Source of the DNA: a virus
Lineage: Duplodnaviria > Caudoviricetes
DNA: 64,000 nucleotides
Strand: one strand, 5' to 3'
Virus record (IMG/VR): IMGVR_UViG_3300032225_000329
Coordinates: 342-64,341 of that record
In this document: piece after piece, positions 23,358 through 33,332 of the stretch
Numbering within the stretch: position 1 is the first letter of the stretch
Layout: each line of letters starts with the position of its first letter
Notes under the pieces: generated by a model
What the model was told of the DNA's origin: nothing
Database searches by the model: none
Seen by the model: the letters and a program-made list of their open reading frames with translations, nothing else
Program-made: the position numbers and the translations under genes

Positions 23358-26219
23358 ATGATAAAACAATTTTACGAGAAAGCATTGCCTTCGCAGGGCG
23401 TTTACTGTGTAGCTAAGTTGGATAAGAGGATTACACAGAAATTTGCGGAGTCTATAGATGATGTTGAAGTTATTGCAAGACAGTTTGAATTGGAAGAAGC
23501 AAATGTCTACGTGGCGCTTGCTTCCTTCGATGGTTATAGCCGCAAGGCAGAGGACGCGAAATTCTTACGTTCATTTTTCATCGATCTCGACGTTGGGGCG
23601 GGTAAGGCAGCTCTCGGGAGAGGATACGATAGTAAAGGGGATGCTCTTGTCGCATTACATGCTTTCATCCCACGAGTTGATTTACCTCCCCCCGTTATCG
23701 TCGATTCCGGTACAGGCATACACGCCTACTGGTTATTTGATCGGGACATCCCCGTTGCAGAGTGGAAGCCTTACGCTGAGAAGTTCAAAGCGCTCTGCAT
23801 TGGAAACGAGTTGTACATCGACCCTGTGGTTACTGCTGACGTTGCGCGAATCATGCGCTGTCCTGATACGTTCAACTATAAGACAACTCCACCGAGCAAA
23901 TGTGAGGTTATATCGGACGAGCTGCCAGTATATTCGTTCGATGAGTTCAAAGAGTTCTTAGGGATAATAGAAGAGTCTGCGTCTGAGTTGTTAAGCCGTC
24001 TACCCAAAGGGTTGGACGATGACACTAAAGCATTGATGAAGTTGGACAATCAGGAGACACGCTTTGAAAAAATCGCTATCAGAAGTCTTGAAGGTGATGG
24101 ATGTGGACAGATTAAGTGGGCAATTGAAAACTCCGCATCACTCCCAGAACCTATGTGGACAGCCGTCTTATCCATTGCACAGCATTGTAGCGACCGCGAT
24201 GAGGCTATCCACAAATTATCAGAAGATTATCCCGGCTACAATCCGGCAGAGACGGAACGCAAATCAACATTGCGTCAGGGAAAACCTTATTCCTGCATTA
24301 CCTTTGACAACGAAAACCCCGGAATTTGCGACACTTGTGCATACAAAGGAAAGTTTACCAACCCACTCGCTCTTGGACGAGTTATCAAAATCGCGCAAGC
24401 ACCTAAAGAGGACGCAGTTCGGGAGCAAACGAATACCGAAGGTGTTCCGTCAAACGTAATACCAGACCACCCACAGGCGTTGTACCCATACTTCAGGGGT
24501 GAAACAGGGGGTATTTATTATCAGCCGCCCCCGAAGATAGACAAGAAGGGTGAGAAGAGAGAGCAAGACCCACAGCTTATCTACCCACATGAGTTGTTTC
24601 CTATACGTAGGATGTTTAGCAAAGCTGATGGTGAAATACTAATGATGCGTCTTCTGTTGCCCAAGGATGCGCCGCGTGATTTTATGGTGACTACTAGGAG
24701 TTTGAATGCGTCTGACGAGTTTAAGAAAGTTATTGGGTTTATGGGCGTTACAGGTAACGCAGATAAATTGGTACATATCATGGGATATATCATGAAGTGG
24801 GGGCATTACTTACAGACACAGGCAGAAGCAGAGTTAATGCAGATGCAGATGGGCTGGACAGAGCCAGTAAATGATAAAGATCGGCTGGGCCGTGAGTATG
24901 TCATCGGCAATAATTTAATTAAATCAAACGGTTCGATTGTGTCTACGCCTGCCTCGCCTATGGTTAAAAGCGTAGCGAAACATTTTGAGCCGAAGGGAAG
25001 CTTTGAAGTATGGCGTGAATGCGCGCAGCAGTTGAACCGTCCTACGATGGAGATGCACGCGTTTGGTACATTGATTGGATTGGGTTCGCCGTTGATGCCG
25101 TTGACTTCTACACCGGGCGCTATCGTTAGTTATACAGGTAAATCAGGCAATGGTAAGACGGGGGCGCTGTACGCTAACTTAAGTATTTGGTGTAACCCCG
25201 TGGGCATCTCTGTTTTCGATGCGACTAACAATGGTTTGAATCAGCGGTACGTCACATTGAAGAACGCAGCGTTCGGGGTTGATGAAGCGCATACCCGCAA
25301 GATAGAAGAGCTAAGCAAGATGGTTCACGCTATCTCTCAGGGTAAAGCTAAGATCAGGATGCAGGGGTCGATTAACGCTGAGCGAGAGCATGAACTCTTA
25401 GCGTCGTCCATTGCCATGATGACTTGTAACATGCCGCTACTGGATATGATTATGTCCAACAACTCTATGGCTACAGGTGAGATGGCACGTATGATTGAGT
25501 TTCTTGTAATGAAACCACGGCTGTTGATTGACGAGCCAGACTTTGGTCCGAAGGTGTTTGATTCGTTCAAGTACAACTATGGTCATGCAGGGCGCAAGAT
25601 TATTCAGTCTTACTTCTTAAAGGGTGAAGATGCGCTGATTGATATAGTAAAAGAATGGATTGCACGGTTTAAGAAAGACTTTGGCAACGATGCTATCTAC
25701 CGTTTCTACGAGAACATTATTGGCGCGGCTATGACAGGCGGCGTGATAGGTAATGAGTTTGGCATTATTGATTATGATTTGAATCGTATCTACGACAAGG
25801 TGTGCGGTGAGATGATTAACATACGCGACAAGGTGGTTACTCTTGGCGAGACAGATCACTCAGCGTTGGTTGGTGATTTCATCAATAAATACTACACAGG
25901 CTTCTTAGGGATTAACGATGGCAAAGTTACGATGGAGCCACGCAACAGTCTTGTAGGAAGAATAGATTTAGCGACGGGGTTAGTGACTATATCTACCACT
26001 GAGTTTAAAAAGTATTTGACTGAGAAGAATGTTAGTTCACGAGAGTTTGAACAAAACATGAAAGAAAGAAATATTCTTATTGAAGTTAAGAAGTCGCGCC
26101 TCGACGCAGGATGGAAGCAAGCGTTGAGTATCCTTGATAAAAATATGAATGTGAACACCTATGTCTTTGCCACCGAAATCCCAGATACCTTCTTCAGCGG
26201 AGATGGAGAAACTGACTGA
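23358..26219 (+). CDS. Primase (AEP-like) fused to DUF927-like helicase
   Basis: FFIDLD and SGTGIHAYW AEP motifs, Cys cluster (YSC...ICDTC), Walker A GKSGNGKT, VDE Walker B. Confidence 0.85.
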   Translation: MIKQFYEKALPSQGVYCVAKLDKRITQKFAESIDDVEVIARQFELEEANVYVALASFDGYSRKAEDAKFLRSFFIDLDVGAGKAALGRGYDSKGDALVALHAFIPRVDLPPPVIVDSGTGIHAYWLFDRDIPVAEWKPYAEKFKALCIGNELYIDPVVTADVARIMRCPDTFNYKTTPPSKCEVISDELPVYSFDEFKEFLGIIEESASELLSRLPKGLDDDTKALMKLDNQETRFEKIAIRSLEGDGCGQIKWAIENSASLPEPMWTAVLSIAQHCSDRDEAIHKLSEDYPGYNPAETERKSTLRQGKPYSCITFDNENPGICDTCAYKGKFTNPLALGRVIKIAQAPKEDAVREQTNTEGVPSNVIPDHPQALYPYFRGETGGIYYQPPPKIDKKGEKREQDPQLIYPHELFPIRRMFSKADGEILMMRLLLPKDAPRDFMVTTRSLNASDEFKKVIGFMGVTGNADKLVHIMGYIMKWGHYLQTQAEAELMQMQMGWTEPVNDKDRLGREYVIGNNLIKSNGSIVSTPASPMVKSVAKHFEPKGSFEVWRECAQQLNRPTMEMHAFGTLIGLGSPLMPLTSTPGAIVSYTGKSGNGKTGALYANLSIWCNPVGISVFDATNNGLNQRYVTLKNAAFGVDEAHTRKIEELSKMVHAISQGKAKIRMQGSINAEREHELLASSIAMMTCNMPLLDMIMSNNSMATGEMARMIEFLVMKPRLLIDEPDFGPKVFDSFKYNYGHAGRKIIQSYFLKGEDALIDIVKEWIARFKKDFGNDAIYRFYENIIGAAMTGGVIGNEFGIIDYDLNRIYDKVCGEMINIRDKVVTLGETDHSALVGDFINKYYTGFLGINDGKVTMEPRNSLVGRIDLATGLVTISTTEFKKYLTEKNVSSREFEQNMKERNILIEVKKSRLDAGWKQALSILDKNMNVNTYVFATEIPDTFFSGDGETD

Positions 26220-26406
26220 AGAGCCAGAGTGGATTTTTCCGTATGACTATATGGCGGTTGGGGAGAGCTTCTTTATCCCCACACTGCGCCCTGCCCAAAT
26301 GATGTATGCGGCGGACATCGCCGCTAAAAAGTCACGCGTCAGGGTAAAGATATACACCTGTGAGAAGGAAGGACACCTAGGCATCCGCGTATGGCGGACT
26401 GCCTAG
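26203..26406 (+). CDS. Small conserved phage protein
   Basis: FPYDYMAVGESFFIP...GIRVWRTA pattern; last gene of the plus arm. Confidence 0.7.
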   Translation: MEKLTEEPEWIFPYDYMAVGESFFIPTLRPAQMMYAADIAAKKSRVRVKIYTCEKEGHLGIRVWRTA

Positions 26407-29400
26407 GGTTTGACCCCGAACGCATTATAGAGTTGTACAAGTCGGTACTTCTCAAAGTTTTGCTGCAAGACTATAGCGTCTACAATTTCTTTACGTTCTT
26501 TAGGCGATAAAACATCCATAGCGCGATACTTGTTAGCTTGTTCACGTAAGTCTTTTAAATGTCCGTTGACGTCGTGGTTGTACATGTCGGCGAGCATTTC
26601 ATCTAATGGATTTTTAGATAGATAAGCTAAATACTGATCTGGTTTATTGTTCTTTAGCATATTTATTTTTTGTTCGCGCTCTTTCAAATCGTCTTCAATA
26701 CGCTGCCATTGACGCGCATCATAGTTAGACTTAGAACCAACAAAACTATCTAAGAACATTGTGTCTGTTTTAGGATCAAAATCTTTTTTGCCAGCTAACC
26801 AAAGCGATATATTTGTACCGTTGTGCATTATCCGCGATGCGCCATCAGCGTAAGAGTTGGCAAAGAAATATAAAGAGTTAGGGCTAATGTCATTGCCAGT
26901 AGTTTCAAACCACCAACGCGCAGCGTTTTTATATAACTCAGGAATATTATCCCCACCAGTATAAGCTTCTCCAAACCGCGACTGACGGTTGTTATATATC
27001 TGGCGGCCTAGAGCGTCTACGTTCATAGCGTACTCTATGAAAGGTCTAACAATAGACGGCAATGCAGAATCTATGGCGTACTCTAATGGCTTCTCTCCTA
27101 TAGGAATACGAGAGACAGGCAACGGCAAGAAAGAGTCAAGAACAATAGGAACCATATTAGCTAAAGTTTCACCCGGCTTAACATTGCCATTAAACATAGC
27201 CCCCATTTGCGCACCCATAGCAGCAAACGCGCCAAGACCAAAACCCCAAGGTATCTGAATAGGACGCTCAATGCCGGGTATATAGAACCGTGCGAATTTA
27301 GTCCACCGAGACATATCATCAGTAGCAATCTTATTGCGGCCTAGCTCATCTTTATTGTCGTCGTCGTCCGCCATAGCGTGTGCCATTTGATAGGCTAAAT
27401 ATCCTACACCCATCAAAGCTATAACCATAACCTGCGCATTCTTTTTATTTTCAGCAAACTTAGTATCAAAATTACTTATAGCTTTTTCAGCGTCTTTTAG
27501 TTTTGCTTCCAACTTAGCACGAGTAGCCCCCGTGACCGACTTATCTTTTAACTTCTCGCGTAGGATAGTAGCTTCGGCAAACTGAGGTTGTCTCATTCTG
27601 GCTTGTTCAGCGTTCATAATCGCTGGGGCAACTGCATCTATAGCCCTTATTGCGCCTGTAGCGGACGGACGGAAGAACATAAACAGTGCGCCCATAGTTT
27701 TACCGTACTCACCAGCTTGTTCAAAGTTAGCAAGTTCTTTAGTATAGGCAGCGGCTTTAATGTTTGCAGCTTCTTCGGCTTCAGGGCCAGTTTTATTTTG
27801 GCGCTTTAGTTCAGCAAGCTCTGTTTGTTTAGCAATACGAAAAGCGGAAACACGCGACGCCATCTCAAATGATTCAATGTAGCTGTCAAAGAATTTAGGC
27901 ACGGATTTAAGAGGAACTATACCGCTCTTGCCAATTTCTTTATTTAGCTCATTGAACTGCCCTTTATTAGCAATACCTGCTAAGTAAGATACACGCCCAC
28001 CTGTTCTGGTTAAATCAAGTAAATCTTTATAGTATTGGTCTTTTGAGGCGAGAGCAGTTAACGCACCTATCTCACCTCTTGAATATAAATAATTAAATTT
28101 AACTGCTTTAAAAAGCCCGCCTGTAACTACAGATTTAGCAACAGAGCCAAGATAATTAAAAGTATTTAATGGCCCTAAGTCAGAGCCAATAGAAAACGCA
28201 TTAGTAAGAACGTCGCGGGCAAAGTTAATAGGCGCGAACGCTATGTTAAATCTAGTATGAAATTGACCGATAGTCCCAGTAGCTTTATTAAGAAACTCTA
28301 CAAAAGGATTAACTTCTCTATAAGACCTACGTATAGCTTCCAACAAATTTTTGTCTTTAATGCTTATAACCGCAACCTTACCATCCGGCATGTAGTGAAA
28401 GATTTTAGTTTCGCCACCTAACGAGTCCAAGAACTTTTGATCGCGGCGCTCTTCAAAATTTACAATCTTTACAACTTCAGCGGTAGGTAATAAACCAGAA
28501 CCATTAGGATTGTCTTTACTTTTCTTAGAAGAGTTGTAGATGGTTTCAGTAATATTTTTACGCCCAACACGCATAGACGCTAACGCAGCGTCAGCCATTA
28601 CCTGAAGAACAGGGTTGTCCGGTATTTCTTGGTTACCTTCAAAGGTATGCACCTTCTCTTGCAACTCACCTCCCAAGCGGCGACTGTCAAAATTTAGCAT
28701 GTCAGTCTCGTCTGACAAGTGCCTACCTTTAAGTGGGACGTAGTTTTCCCAACCGTAGAACTTAATCCAATTGTCAGCATAAGGCGACATGTAATTGGAC
28801 ATCTTGTTTAGCTTGAGCGTAGTCTTGTTTAATTTATCTACTATGTCAAAGATAGGTTGTACTTCCGCTTTATTTTTATTGTAAGCGTCCGTCATGGTCT
28901 TAACTTCAGCTTCGGAGAACGCGCCAGCTACGTTGTACTTGCTGCTGTTTATATTGGCTAAGTCCTTACCTTTTATATCAGGGTCAAGGAACGTCTGATT
29001 CTTATCAAACGCAATACTACGCAAAGTTTTATTAAAATATTTTATTTCAGCTTCTGTAAGATTTTTATTAGTATCAAGCTCTTTAAATATAGTATCCCGC
29101 ATTTCTGATGGGGATATGTTTTCAGTTTTACCTTGCGCGTTAGTAAATTTAATAATAGGGGAAGAACTTAGTTTTACCTCCCTCATGTACAACACTTCAC
29201 GACGTTCAGGCAAGTGACGGGCGATTGAGTACATTGCCAGCTTTTGCAAAGCTTCTTCTACAGATAACTTATTTTTATCCGCGTAAGCCGCTATCTCTTG
29301 GCGCAAACCCTCTGTGCCAGCTTGTACATACTGTGTGTATATCCAATGCGCGTTGCCAGACGACAGGACAATCTGATCGTAGATATTATTCATACCCACG

Positions 29401-32400
29401 CCATAGGCAATGACGCGCCCGGCGTCAGCCAATTGTTTTTGCCAACGCTTTATAGGGGCACGGTCATTAGCAAATTTCTTTTCAAGCCATGCGCCAGTTT
29501 TACTAGAAAGTACAGCGTCCCATATTTTTGAAGGGGCAGCAGGCTGTTTACCCGTTTTCATTTCTGACTCTAGTTCTTCTAAAGAACGGTCAGTGGTAGG
29601 CGCTGCCTTTGGCTTTCTGGCAGGTAAAGCTTCAATATCTATGCCAGCTTCAGGTGCAGCAAGTATCCCTTGGAACGCTTGAGTCACTTCAAGCAGCGCG
29701 TTGCCTTGGAAGCCAGCTTGTTTAGTTAAGCCAATCTTAGATTGTTTGTAAACGTCAGCGGCGGTTTTATCTACTTCTTCGGCAAATTTTTTATCATTAA
29801 GATATTTTGCTACAAAGTCTGCAACACCTTGGTCAGACGTATCGCTAAACGCTTCAGGATAATTTTCTTCTAGACGAGGCGCAACAGAATCACGTAAACC
29901 ATCAACTGATTCAAAAGTTAATATCGTGCCATTACTTAAGTCTGTTGTCTTTCCTTCTTTAGCTACATAATTATTAACTTCTCGTTGAACAGTCTTATCT
30001 ATTGTTAGTTTCTGTTTAGTGTATTTTTCACCACCAAACGCTTTAGCTACGTCGTCGTATAAATCAGACTTAATTTCAAAGAACCTAGTCGCCGCTTTAG
30101 TAAGTCCATACAACTTCATTAGCACTTTGGTTAAGTGCGCCCAGATACTTTGCAGTCCGGCAGTAGGGGTACTTGGCGCTAACGTATATTTAGCAAGCGA
30201 CGGCGCTTGTATGCGGGAGAGTTCTTCTTGGAAACGTGGGTCGGTCAACGCATAGCTAACAAACTCATATACGTTCTCCATCTGGTTAGGATATTTTTTC
30301 TCTAACCTTGTTTTAGCAAACTCGTATACTTTATTAATCTGTTCGGCAGCGGCACGCTGTTCTTTTGTTAAGCTGCTTGGGTTAGTTTTAAACGCGTAAA
30401 GAATCTTAATCGTACCGGCGTGTACTATCTCATGCAGGACGGTCATCTCGTCCATGCCATCTTTAGTGAAATAGAACGTATCTGTCTTTGGGTCGTAGGC
30501 CGCTAACTTACCTTCTTTTTGTAGCTGCTGGATTACTTTATTGTTTGGGTCAACAACAACTTTGGAACTAGAAAAATTAATGGTGTTAAGCACCATTGCT
30601 ATGTTTTTAAATACAGCGCGTGACAACGCACCGTAGCGTTTTTCGTAGTTGCGTATTGATTCAGAGCGTGGAGAATCTTTCTTGCCAATTCTTATACCGC
30701 CAGCTTTCTTAGCAATATACGCAAGTACGTTATTGATGCCGCCTTCACCTAGCATCATCTTAACTAATGCGGGCAGTTCTTTGCCTACTTCAACTTCTTC
30801 TTTGGCAGCAGCTTCCTCTTCTTTGGCAACGCGCTGCGCTTTGCCCTTTTCTTCTTTGGGTGCGCGCGATTCCTTCTCGGCGTTATGAATCCAGACGTCA
30901 GTAAACGCCTCATCCATTTGTTCGGTAGTTACTTCGCGCTTAGTTAAATCGCCTTTTTTATTGCGGGTAAAGCCACGCTCAATAGACTTTAAAAATACGT
31001 TGCGCGCGCTATCATCTAAGTCACCCCAACGTGGTAATTCAGAAGAGTAAGCTTGACGATTAAGTTCGTAGATAGACGCGCCTTGTGGTACCCCGCCTTC
31101 TTCTACTCCGCCTTCTTCGGTTACTTGCTCATTAGATTTTAAATAAGATTGCAAAGCTGAATAAGCTTTATCTTGTTCTTCTGCCGTATTGTTTTTAATT
31201 TGCGATAGATATATATCGCGTTCATCATCGTTAAGGTCTTCCCATCCACGTAGTCTGCCGGGGCGGTTTTCGTTGTACGAGTTAACAATCGCTTTATTTT
31301 TCTTAAGCAACGCAATAGCAGGAGATACTTGTGGTGCAGCTCCTTTAGACGGTAACATGCCTTTAGTCTTTAACGCGTCTTTTATTTCGCTCATTAACGC
31401 TTTTTTCAAATCAGGCGTTAACTCTTCCCACGCGGGTAATTCATCGCCATGCTTTTCCAGTAAAAGCGTATAGCCATCTTTAATCTGTTTAGGAGTTAAT
31501 CCTTTTTCTTTAGGCGCTTCTGTTTGCGCGCGCGCCAATTCTGCCTTAAGAGCTTCATGTGCTAATTCAGCTTCTTTTGCTAAACGCTCTTCTTCTGCTA
31601 AACGGTTTTGTTCTTCAGTTAGTGCAGCTGGCTGTGCTGCTTCTGCCACATTATTTGCTGGAGCATTCCCTCCAGCACCGCCCACTCCAGATACGATAGA
31701 TGTGTCAACTCCGGGGGTGGTTCCTTCCACTGTTGGTGCAACGCCAGCAACGCTAGGCTGATTTGCTGGGGTGTTAATTCCTGTAGATGGCTGCTCGACA
31801 TTGCTTTTCTCCTTTAGCTCTGCGAGTTTATTTTCAATATTCTCTTTGTATTTTCCGGTTACTTTTTTGCCGCCCGCTGTTTTACCTGTTGCTAACTCAG
31901 ATTCATAACGCGCTATTTGTTCTTCAGGCGTTTCGTCTTTTTTCTTAGCAATAGGTTCTGTATACGTAGGCGTAGGAGCAGTTTGATCTGTAACACTTGC
32001 TGTTACATCTTTATCTTTAGCGGCAGCGGCGGCTTCAGCGGCGGCGGCTTCATTGGGTGGCAGTACATCAAATTTAATTGACTGAGGAGGGGTTACATTT
32101 CCTTGCTCATCAGGCACGCCAACAGTAGTTATACCTTCCGCAGCAGCTTGCGCTTGTTGCGTAGCGTCAGCAGTTTTTTGCTCTTCATTTTGTATATCTT
32201 GACGGAATTGATTTTCTAATTCTTTATTGCGCTCTTCTACGCCAGCCATACCACGGGTTTTAATTGCGCCACCAGCGGATGGCACGATTGACATAGCATA
32301 AGCAGCGGCTGCGCTATCAACGTATTCTTTAATTGCTTCGGCGTCTGTTAAAGAAAGCTTTGCGCCAAAGCGTTCGGCGGCGCTTTGAATCATTTCAACA

Positions 32401-33332
32401 GGCGCTTCTTTAGTACCTGTCTCTACTAAGTTTTTACCAAAGTTTAATAAGAGATTCTTTTGGTTGAGGTCAAGCTTATTAAACGCGCCCAGACCAATCT
32501 TATCGCCGACAAACTCAGCAACACCATGCACAAGGGCTGAAGGCAATACACGTTCGAGCTCAATGTCAGTAGCTTCTTTGCCCAAGCGTTGGGCTTCTTC
32601 AACAGCACGGGATGTAGTTTCACCAGCGCCGTGGAATCCGGCTTGAGCAGCAAGCGCAGCATGGCTTGCCATATCTTTAGCTACTTCTTTAGCAGCGGCT
32701 TTAGTGCGTTCTTCAACATACTCTTTAGCCGCTTTTTCACCCTGCTCTTTAGCTATTTTTTTAGCGGTTTCTTCAACAAGTTCTTTAGCTAACTTCTTCT
32801 CTACAAGTCCCAACGCTCCGCCAGCAACCGTACCAGCACCCGGTATTACAGAGCCAGCTAATGCACCAGCACCCATAACAGCAACAGACTCAAGAAGATT
32901 AGCCGCACCAGAACCTACTTGGTAAGGTATCCATTCGGTCAATACAGTGCCAATACCTTTATCAAGCGCAGTAGTAAATGAATCAGTAGACTTAGATTTG
33001 CCGCGCAATTCTTTTTTAGCGGCCTCCATAGTTTCAATACCAGACTTCATTAAGTCTTCGGAACCAAAAACTTTACCCGCTAATACTTTTGCTGCGCCAT
33101 AAGTTTCTTTAGTTTGTGGCAAGTAGGAAGTAAAACCACGAACAAAGTTACTAGAATCTTCTTCTACTTTTGGTTCAGGTGTTTCTTCTTTACCACCAAA
33201 TTTTTTAGCTAACGCGCTTATATCATCTTCGCTAGACTGCCCGCCAAATTTCTTAGCAAGTTCGTCTAAGTTATTTTTAGGAGGGGCGGATTCAGCCCCG
33301 CCAAATTTTTTGGCAAGCGCATCATAATCCAT
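26403..33332 (-). CDS. Large ejection-type polyvalent protein with zincin (HEXXH) and LPD38-like domain
   Basis: 2309 aa; MTVLHEIVHAG; C-terminal IQIPWGFG...LPSIVRPFIEYAMNVDALGRQIY typical of LPD38; last gene of the virion operon. Confidence 0.75.
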   Translation of the reverse strand: MDYDALAKKFGGAESAPPKNNLDELAKKFGGQSSEDDISALAKKFGGKEETPEPKVEEDSSNFVRGFTSYLPQTKETYGAAKVLAGKVFGSEDLMKSGIETMEAAKKELRGKSKSTDSFTTALDKGIGTVLTEWIPYQVGSGAANLLESVAVMGAGALAGSVIPGAGTVAGGALGLVEKKLAKELVEETAKKIAKEQGEKAAKEYVEERTKAAAKEVAKDMASHAALAAQAGFHGAGETTSRAVEEAQRLGKEATDIELERVLPSALVHGVAEFVGDKIGLGAFNKLDLNQKNLLLNFGKNLVETGTKEAPVEMIQSAAERFGAKLSLTDAEAIKEYVDSAAAAYAMSIVPSAGGAIKTRGMAGVEERNKELENQFRQDIQNEEQKTADATQQAQAAAEGITTVGVPDEQGNVTPPQSIKFDVLPPNEAAAAEAAAAAKDKDVTASVTDQTAPTPTYTEPIAKKKDETPEEQIARYESELATGKTAGGKKVTGKYKENIENKLAELKEKSNVEQPSTGINTPANQPSVAGVAPTVEGTTPGVDTSIVSGVGGAGGNAPANNVAEAAQPAALTEEQNRLAEEERLAKEAELAHEALKAELARAQTEAPKEKGLTPKQIKDGYTLLLEKHGDELPAWEELTPDLKKALMSEIKDALKTKGMLPSKGAAPQVSPAIALLKKNKAIVNSYNENRPGRLRGWEDLNDDERDIYLSQIKNNTAEEQDKAYSALQSYLKSNEQVTEEGGVEEGGVPQGASIYELNRQAYSSELPRWGDLDDSARNVFLKSIERGFTRNKKGDLTKREVTTEQMDEAFTDVWIHNAEKESRAPKEEKGKAQRVAKEEEAAAKEEVEVGKELPALVKMMLGEGGINNVLAYIAKKAGGIRIGKKDSPRSESIRNYEKRYGALSRAVFKNIAMVLNTINFSSSKVVVDPNNKVIQQLQKEGKLAAYDPKTDTFYFTKDGMDEMTVLHEIVHAGTIKILYAFKTNPSSLTKEQRAAAEQINKVYEFAKTRLEKKYPNQMENVYEFVSYALTDPRFQEELSRIQAPSLAKYTLAPSTPTAGLQSIWAHLTKVLMKLYGLTKAATRFFEIKSDLYDDVAKAFGGEKYTKQKLTIDKTVQREVNNYVAKEGKTTDLSNGTILTFESVDGLRDSVAPRLEENYPEAFSDTSDQGVADFVAKYLNDKKFAEEVDKTAADVYKQSKIGLTKQAGFQGNALLEVTQAFQGILAAPEAGIDIEALPARKPKAAPTTDRSLEELESEMKTGKQPAAPSKIWDAVLSSKTGAWLEKKFANDRAPIKRWQKQLADAGRVIAYGVGMNNIYDQIVLSSGNAHWIYTQYVQAGTEGLRQEIAAYADKNKLSVEEALQKLAMYSIARHLPERREVLYMREVKLSSSPIIKFTNAQGKTENISPSEMRDTIFKELDTNKNLTEAEIKYFNKTLRSIAFDKNQTFLDPDIKGKDLANINSSKYNVAGAFSEAEVKTMTDAYNKNKAEVQPIFDIVDKLNKTTLKLNKMSNYMSPYADNWIKFYGWENYVPLKGRHLSDETDMLNFDSRRLGGELQEKVHTFEGNQEIPDNPVLQVMADAALASMRVGRKNITETIYNSSKKSKDNPNGSGLLPTAEVVKIVNFEERRDQKFLDSLGGETKIFHYMPDGKVAVISIKDKNLLEAIRRSYREVNPFVEFLNKATGTIGQFHTRFNIAFAPINFARDVLTNAFSIGSDLGPLNTFNYLGSVAKSVVTGGLFKAVKFNYLYSRGEIGALTALASKDQYYKDLLDLTRTGGRVSYLAGIANKGQFNELNKEIGKSGIVPLKSVPKFFDSYIESFEMASRVSAFRIAKQTELAELKRQNKTGPEAEEAANIKAAAYTKELANFEQAGEYGKTMGALFMFFRPSATGAIRAIDAVAPAIMNAEQARMRQPQFAEATILREKLKDKSVTGATRAKLEAKLKDAEKAISNFDTKFAENKKNAQVMVIALMGVGYLAYQMAHAMADDDDNKDELGRNKIATDDMSRWTKFARFYIPGIERPIQIPWGFGLGAFAAMGAQMGAMFNGNVKPGETLANMVPIVLDSFLPLPVSRIPIGEKPLEYAIDSALPSIVRPFIEYAMNVDALGRQIYNNRQSRFGEAYTGGDNIPELYKNAARWWFETTGNDISPNSLYFFANSYADGASRIMHNGTNISLWLAGKKDFDPKTDTMFLDSFVGSKSNYDARQWQRIEDDLKEREQKINMLKNNKPDQYLAYLSKNPLDEMLADMYNHDVNGHLKDLREQANKYRAMDVLSPKERKEIVDAIVLQQNFEKYRLVQLYNAFGVKP

